The position numbers and the translations under genes are program-made. Shown in pieces: positions 59,108 to 64,000 of a stretch of DNA of 64,000 nt; within the stretch, counting starts at the first letter, position 1, and each line of letters begins with the position of its first letter. This DNA is from a virus (taxonomy: Duplodnaviria > Caudoviricetes): IMG/VR virus record IMGVR_UViG_3300023435_000009. The stretch is one strand, 5' to 3'. The notes under the pieces were generated by a model. That model was not told the origin of the DNA, made no database searches, and was given only the letters and a program-made list of their open reading frames with translations.

Positions 59108-60071
59108 TCTCTTTAATTATCTTTAGCACAATGTCTTTGTAGATGGCAGACACCTCCCAGTACCGCTGTGTTCGTTCCCAAGCCCGATGGCGATAGGGAA
59201 CCTGGAGTTTGAGCTGGGCAATGAAGGAGTCGTTGTAAGGTGTCACTATTCGCAATTTCCCATCCGTTCCCTCGGTTACGAAGACCGGATCCCATGCCAG
59301 GATGACCTTGAGCAGATTCATTTCCAACTGAACGGGTAGGCGGGGTTTCGGGTCAGCGGGTTTGGTTTTGTGCCGGAACTTCATGAGGTCGGACCAGCGG
59401 CGGTAGGGGACTTCGTAGAGGCCCTTCGTTCCGCACACCAGGGACCGGGGCATATTGACACCCAGGACACACAGGAAGTGCTCCTCCTCGGATTTGGGTA
59501 CCCACCAGCCGACTTTGTGGCCCCGCTTGATCCGGGTCTTGGTGACGTTCCCGATCAGACCGATTTCCTCATCGATCAGGTGTTTGGCTCCCTCGATGAA
59601 ACTCATATCCCTGCGGATTTTGCCCTTGTCCGAGATGAACGCTTCGAGATGGTCCCCTTTGTCTAGGATCATCGCCTCGGTACGATCCACCTCCAGCTTG
59701 TCTGCCAGTTCCGTGTACCCGAGGGACCGGATCAGGGCGCAGCACTTGAAGACCTCGTCCCGGTCGGCGTAGTGGGCTGACGCCCAGTAGACCAGGAGGT
59801 TGCTGGCTTTGCGGGCGTTGGTGTGATCGTTGTTCACCAGGGTCAGGAAGGCATCGATGAGGTGGTCCGGCAGGTTGGACACGGCGAGCAGGCCGAGAGT
59901 GTCCATCACCTGTGCCTCGGTCGGAACGTGAACGGGGTCGTAGTATCTGCGACTACACACGGGTCCGATGCCCCGTTCTACCGATTCAGCGTCGGTCAGG
60001 TGGGCACGGCACACGCAGCAGTGTGAAGCCGTGACCTGTGCGAGAACGTGGTGGGAAAGGGTGGAGTCCAT
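59064..60071 (-). CDS. DUF6011-like Zn-finger protein with C-terminal HARP-like domain (335 aa)
   Basis: CCVCRAHLTDAESVERGIGPVC; C-terminal TPYNDSFIAQLK...RAWERTQRYWEV. SD AGGAGGT precedes ATG 60071. Confidence 0.7.
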   Translation of the reverse strand: MDSTLSHHVLAQVTASHCCVCRAHLTDAESVERGIGPVCSRRYYDPVHVPTEAQVMDTLGLLAVSNLPDHLIDAFLTLVNNDHTNARKASNLLVYWASAHYADRDEVFKCCALIRSLGYTELADKLEVDRTEAMILDKGDHLEAFISDKGKIRRDMSFIEGAKHLIDEEIGLIGNVTKTRIKRGHKVGWWVPKSEEEHFLCVLGVNMPRSLVCGTKGLYEVPYRRWSDLMKFRHKTKPADPKPRLPVQLEMNLLKVILAWDPVFVTEGTDGKLRIVTPYNDSFIAQLKLQVPYRHRAWERTQRYWEVSAIYKDIVLKIIKESYGVATPVSSATTP

Positions 60072-60081
60072 CTCAGACCTC

Positions 60082-60420
60082 CTAAAAGCTGTAGTCGAAG
60101 AACCGGCTCCGGTACCCAATGTAGAAGAGCTGGGTGCCGCCGACCTGTCGCCAGTCGCCGTTCTTGCGGCGACTCAGAGTGACCTTGCGGCCCTCATGAT
60201 TCGGCTCGTAGTCGTAGTCCTGGCAGTCGGACATCCCGTTGTCGTCAGTGCGGATGGATCGGTCGGCCTGCACCACGCAGCGCCTGCCATTCGGACTGAC
60301 CTCGACCACTGTGTAGGGCTCACGGTCGGACCCTATGATCATGGTGGCCCCCATTCCGATCTTGGGGTTTGGGTTGTTTCCCCGGTACATACTGTGGACG
60401 TTGGCGGTGTCGATGCTCAT
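60082..60420 (-). CDS. Phage hypothetical protein (112 aa)
   Basis: SD AAGGAG; GMGATMIIGSDREPYTVVEV pattern of small phage accessory proteins. Confidence 0.75.
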   Translation of the reverse strand: MSIDTANVHSMYRGNNPNPKIGMGATMIIGSDREPYTVVEVSPNGRRCVVQADRSIRTDDNGMSDCQDYDYEPNHEGRKVTLSRRKNGDWRQVGGTQLFYIGYRSRFFDYSF

Positions 60421-60446
60421 TGGGTGCTCCTTGATCAGGGTCCTTT

Positions 60447-60566
60447 CCCCTCACATTAGCTACTCTGAGGGTCGGTCAGATGATCCCACGCTGGCGCTCT
60501 CTTTTAAGGATGGTAGGATCATTGTGGGATCATCGTCGCCGGGACCAGAGTAGACAGTGTGAGGGG
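60447..60566. promoter_or_regulatory. Back-to-back copies of a 43-bp motif between divergent genes (putative twin promoters)
   Basis: GTGGGATCATC-N11-CAGAGTAG-N4-TGTGAGGGG occurs on + (60524-60566) and on - (60489-60447) with identical spacing but unrelated spacer bases. Confidence 0.7.
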
Positions 60567-60588
60567 CAAATGACCCCGTAGGAGAAAC

Positions 60589-61218
60589 GTGATGGCCAAG
60601 TTGACGTTGCAGGAAGCGGAGCAGATCGCAGGGCGGGGACGCCCGTGGACAATCCGCCTGGAGTTTGTCGGGGCAAATCTGGCCAACGCCAGCGGCGTAT
60701 CCTCCAAGTACTGGTTCGCCACGGGGCGGGGCATCAACGAGGCGGTCGAGATCGGGTACGGGGCCATCGGCTCTTCCCCGCAGTACCGGCTCATCGACTG
60801 GGACAAGTTGCGGCAGCGGGTGGCGGACAAGACTTCCGAGGGGTACGTTTACGCCCATACCCCCTATGTACGGATGAGCGCAGTCAACTTCGCCAAGGTC
60901 ACGGGGAACCCGGTAGCAACGTTCCCGACCGCCAAGGCGGTGAGTTCGGCTCCGACCTCGGTACTCACCCAGCCCCCGGTGGCTCCCGCTCCGGTGACAC
61001 CACCGCCCGCCCCTGTGGTGGCTCCCAGGGTGTTCAGCACGGCACAGCAGGCCCTGGGTGCTCCATACAGCCTGATCGCAACAATGAAGATCCTGCGACA
61101 GGGTCTGACCATCACGGGATACTCGGCTCGGGATGCGAGTGATGACGAGCTGATGGTGCTCGACCCCACGGACGCCGTGGACTTCGCTCGGGACTATGAC
61201 ATCGACATCGTTTTCTAG
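60589..61218 (+). CDS. WGR-like domain protein with Pro/Ala/Val linker (209 aa)
   Basis: SSKYWFATG...VEIGYGAIG resembles the WGR pattern, with GRIG replaced by GAIG; SD GGAG. Confidence 0.6.
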   Translation: MMAKLTLQEAEQIAGRGRPWTIRLEFVGANLANASGVSSKYWFATGRGINEAVEIGYGAIGSSPQYRLIDWDKLRQRVADKTSEGYVYAHTPYVRMSAVNFAKVTGNPVATFPTAKAVSSAPTSVLTQPPVAPAPVTPPPAPVVAPRVFSTAQQALGAPYSLIATMKILRQGLTITGYSARDASDDELMVLDPTDAVDFARDYDIDIVF

Positions 61219-61227
61219 GAGGGAGCA

Positions 61228-62136
61228 ATGAGACACATCATCGGGTTGCTGGTGGCTTTGGCGGTAGGGTTGACAGGTTGCGGAACCGGCTTTGACATCG
61301 AGGATCCTACCATGTGGGTAGAAGGCGACGAGTACCAAGGAGGTGGTGAGGACACCATCACTAGGGAGGACGTCCCGATTGAGGATGTGGAACCTGGGGA
61401 GGACACCTTCCTGCCGGGAGAGGATACGGTGTTTGACAGGGTCTCTGACGAAACTGGAGATGCTGATTTGCAGGATGCCGAGACCGGGGATGACACCGAA
61501 GATCTGGACGTAGAGAGTTCTGACACGCCGGTCGGGGAGGACACGGATTTCGACATCTTTGATGCGGATACGACGGAACCTGAAAAACCCCTTATTCGAG
61601 TGACCTTCAAGACGGTGGGGTCATTCGGTGGGCTTACGATGGCTCTGAAATACCCCGGACCCATATCAGCGTTTGCATGTAACCACGAGACATCCATCTG
61701 GTTTTTCAACCCGCTTGCTACTGGTTGTTTTGTGGCGTCAGATGCTGAATCTCTGTGTTACAACCTTGCTGACGAACTCATTCCTGAGATCACATCAATG
61801 ACAGATGAGGACGGGGCGTGGATCGTGACGTTGGATATTTCCAAGGTGGTACCTCCTCCGCCACCACCACAGGGTTATGGTTTCGCCTACGTTCTAATGG
61901 TGTTTTTAACATACGAGGCCGGTGTCTCCCAGACGACCGAGATCACAGTGGAGGTTCCCGATGTCCCATTCGGTATGGATAAGCAAACGACGACTTTGGA
62001 TCAGAGCTATATGTCTGGGGTACGTTATGCCCTTCAAGTGATCGTTGACAACGACACGGGCTACCCCAAAATAATTAGTAATAATAACGGGGGTCTCGGT
62101 GGTACGTATTGTGAGAACGTGTCGGAGGGGGAGTAG
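61228..62136 (+). CDS. Lipoprotein with acidic low-complexity linker (302 aa)
   Basis: Signal peptide II with lipobox LTGC; Asp/Glu/Thr-rich EDT repeats; SD GGAGGGAG. Confidence 0.75.
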   Translation: MRHIIGLLVALAVGLTGCGTGFDIEDPTMWVEGDEYQGGGEDTITREDVPIEDVEPGEDTFLPGEDTVFDRVSDETGDADLQDAETGDDTEDLDVESSDTPVGEDTDFDIFDADTTEPEKPLIRVTFKTVGSFGGLTMALKYPGPISAFACNHETSIWFFNPLATGCFVASDAESLCYNLADELIPEITSMTDEDGAWIVTLDISKVVPPPPPPQGYGFAYVLMVFLTYEAGVSQTTEITVEVPDVPFGMDKQTTTLDQSYMSGVRYALQVIVDNDTGYPKIISNNNGGLGGTYCENVSEGE

Positions 62137-62139
62137 TTG

Positions 62140-62790
62140 ATGGCATTCACACTGATCTACCGTAGGAAGGGCAAGGGCAAACGGCCAGCGCCCGCCGAGG
62201 GTGACCCTACAAACATCAGGGTAGGGGATTCCATCTCCTATTGGGATCCGGTGTCCGCCTTTTCCGCTGGGACAGTCGAAAAGATCAACACGCTGGCTGG
62301 GGTACTTCGTATCGGTGCTCTGATGTACGGGGACGTGATACTTCGCCCTCCCCGAAGGCTCTCCTTCTCGGAAATCATCAAGGCGGAACGACCCAGCAAC
62401 ATCCCGGTACCTGTGGACAGCCCCACGGACGCCGACGTGGCCGAAATCAACGCCACCCCCACTCCCATGCTGCTCTCGGACGAAAACGCCTCTGAGGCAT
62501 CCCCTACCCCTACAGAGACCCCTGCAGAGCCTGTCCCGGAGATCCTCCCCGAGGAAGGTACTCCCGCCGAAGTTGCACCCCCGAAACCCAAGCCGAAGAA
62601 GCGAGACCCCAAGGTGATCGCTGTGGGCACCGTTATCGAGAGGCGCTACGGGGGAAGCATGATCAAGGTGCTGGTGAAGGAAGAGGGTTTCGAGTGTAGG
62701 GGGGTGACCTATCCGAACCTGGATAAGGTAGCGGAGTCCCTCACGGGCACCAGCACCAACGGACGATCGTTCTTCGGTGTAAAAGGCTAG
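62140..62790 (+). CDS. Protein with C-terminal DUF2924-like domain (216 aa)
   Basis: IERRYGG...VLVKEEGFECRGVTYPNLDKVAESLTGTSTNGRSFFGV matches the DUF2924 pattern. Confidence 0.65.
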   Translation: MAFTLIYRRKGKGKRPAPAEGDPTNIRVGDSISYWDPVSAFSAGTVEKINTLAGVLRIGALMYGDVILRPPRRLSFSEIIKAERPSNIPVPVDSPTDADVAEINATPTPMLLSDENASEASPTPTETPAEPVPEILPEEGTPAEVAPPKPKPKKRDPKVIAVGTVIERRYGGSMIKVLVKEEGFECRGVTYPNLDKVAESLTGTSTNGRSFFGVKG

Positions 62791-62904
62791 ATCCTGTACC
62801 TCTGAAAGCCCCCTTTGATCACAGCGATCTGTCAGTTTAACAACGTCTCAACTCAGGTTTTCCATAGCTTCTCTATTGCCCGCCCCTTGTAAGGGGGTTC
62901 CCCC

Positions 62905-63339
62905 ATGAAGATGGCTATCCTGTTCCATGAGGGGTGTGTGATCGACAAACGCCTTATTGAAAGGCTACTCCGACGAGTGGTCCGTAAAGACCCCCCCAAG
63001 GTACTCCTCACGGACGCCAAAATGCCGGAATCCTCCTGTGTGCGGAGTTGTGGCAAACGGCTTGGGCTGGAGGTATGGGACTCTGAGGAGCTTAGAGGAG
63101 AACCCACTTTCGGGGGGCGGATCCGAGATTGGATTTGGGGTAGAGTCTCCAGCAGGCAATTGCTGATTCAGTCTTGTGACGTTGCGGTGGTGTTTTGGGA
63201 TGGGTCGATCAGCGTGAAAAGCCTGGTCTTGGAGATCCTTGCGGCAGACCGAAAGGTCATCCGTGTGAACGGCCTCGGTCACCTTTCCGGCCAAACAGCC
63301 GGTGCAATGATCGAGGTTGAGGCTAAGGAGGAGTGTTAA
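62905..63339 (+). CDS. Degenerate SLOG/YspA-like protein (144 aa); its last 6 codons and stop are the flank shared by both IscB loci
   Basis: CDVAVVFWDG...VIRV resembles SLOG C-termini; it ends EAKEEC* encoded by GAGGCTAAGGAGGAGTGTTAA. Confidence 0.5.
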   Translation: MKMAILFHEGCVIDKRLIERLLRRVVRKDPPKVLLTDAKMPESSCVRSCGKRLGLEVWDSEELRGEPTFGGRIRDWIWGRVSSRQLLIQSCDVAVVFWDGSISVKSLVLEILAADRKVIRVNGLGHLSGQTAGAMIEVEAKEEC

Positions 63340-63340
63340 G

Positions 63341-63556
63341 GTGAACCACCAGAATAAAAATGGTGGAACTAAGGGTGAGACTCCTATGTTCTCCGGGTTG
63401 TCTTTAAGGACAGCTACCCTGAGATTGGTCCAGTCTCAGGCTCTAGCAGTATCGAAGGACGAAACAAGACCTGAAATGGTTGGTAACATCTTCGATACAA
63501 CCAGAGGCCCGGAAACTTTGCCGAGGACAACAATTTCCCTTCGGGAGGTGTCTTAA
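63341..63556 (+). ncRNA. IscB omegaRNA scaffold, copy 2 (putative guide 63319-63340)
   Basis: Differs from copy 1 at two positions only (CTGAAGGT vs CTAAGGGT). Confidence 0.85.
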
Positions 63557-64000
63557 ATGACACAGAAAATCTTTGTGATTGACGCTGACGGGAAGCAGTT
63601 ACTCCCCACTCACCCAGCACGCTCTAGAAAACTACTACGAGCTGGTCGTGCCCAGGTACATCAAGTGGTGCCCTTTACGATCCAACTGGTCCGTGTTGTT
63701 GAGAATCCGGTTGGAGCCTTCACTGTTGGTATCGATGATGGAGCGAAACACGTTGGCATAGCGATGGTAAACGAGCACACCAAGGAAGTAGTCTTCAGGG
63801 GTACTGTTCGGTTACGTCAGGATGTTAAGCGAAAAATGACACAACGGGCAGCGTATCGACGAACAAGAAGAAATCGGAAGCTCCGACATCGCCCAGCCAA
63901 GTTTTTGAACCGAGGAAGGAAGGGTTTCCTGCCCCCAACTATTCGACAGAAGAAGGATAGCATACTTCGGGTAGTTAAGGACTTAGGAAAAGTTCTCTGC
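63557..64000 (+). CDS. iscB: IscB copy 2 (3'-truncated by the window edge; absent from the ORF track)
   Basis: My translation: MTQKIFVIDADGKQLLPTHPARSRKLLRAGRA...GIDDGAKHVGIAMVNEHTKEVVFRG...RRTRRNRKLRHRPAKFLNRG..., open to the window end. Confidence 0.92.
   Translation, partial: MTQKIFVIDADGKQLLPTHPARSRKLLRAGRAQVHQVVPFTIQLVRVVENPVGAFTVGIDDGAKHVGIAMVNEHTKEVVFRGTVRLRQDVKRKMTQRAAYRRTRRNRKLRHRPAKFLNRGRKGFLPPTIRQKKDSILRVVKDLGKVLC

Noticed and set aside
20454-60119. ORF-track starts at 20454, 32431, 37037, 48239, 49656 and 60119
   Set aside because: They overlap upstream genes or lack an SD. Downstream starts with SD or stop-start coupling (20481, 32488, 37136, 48383, 49707, 60071) are better supported.
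62883-62896. Palindrome CCCCTTGTAAGGGG upstream of 62905 as an operator
   Set aside because: Single occurrence, short, and no second copy found to support a function.
1-64000. CRISPR array, tRNA, rRNA or DGR (TR/VR pair)
   Set aside because: I saw no regularly spaced direct repeats, cloverleaf, rRNA-like tract or reverse transcriptase. The intergenic gaps are too short. This was a by-eye scan only.

Overview
This window looks like the virion-morphogenesis (tail, baseplate, receptor-binding) region of a very large, GC-rich contractile-tailed (myovirus-like, probably jumbo) phage. This is inferred from gene content, because no capsid, terminase or host genes are in view. About 56 kb of tightly packed plus-strand genes encode giant structural proteins: one of >3400 aa (5'-truncated), a gp25-like and a baseplate-J-like wedge subunit, two paralogous proteins of 1204 and about 2100 aa, and two beta-helix tailspike-like proteins. 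A holin-like gene and a block of small accessory genes follow. The operon is interrupted at gene junctions by six nuclease genes: two unrelated TnpB, two IscB and two free-standing homing-type endonucleases. No transposase lies in the window. Most notable: (1) an orphan, structure-conserving copy of the TnpB1 omegaRNA scaffold at 22.6 kb; (2) two diverged IscB genes that share a 214/216-identical omegaRNA region and an identical 22-nt flank in the guide position; (3) that omegaRNA region is also an SD-led 71-codon ORF whose stop abuts the iscB start; (4) a 43-bp block-conserved inverted pair that probably forms back-to-back promoters. Family assignments come from motif recognition by eye; no searches were run.
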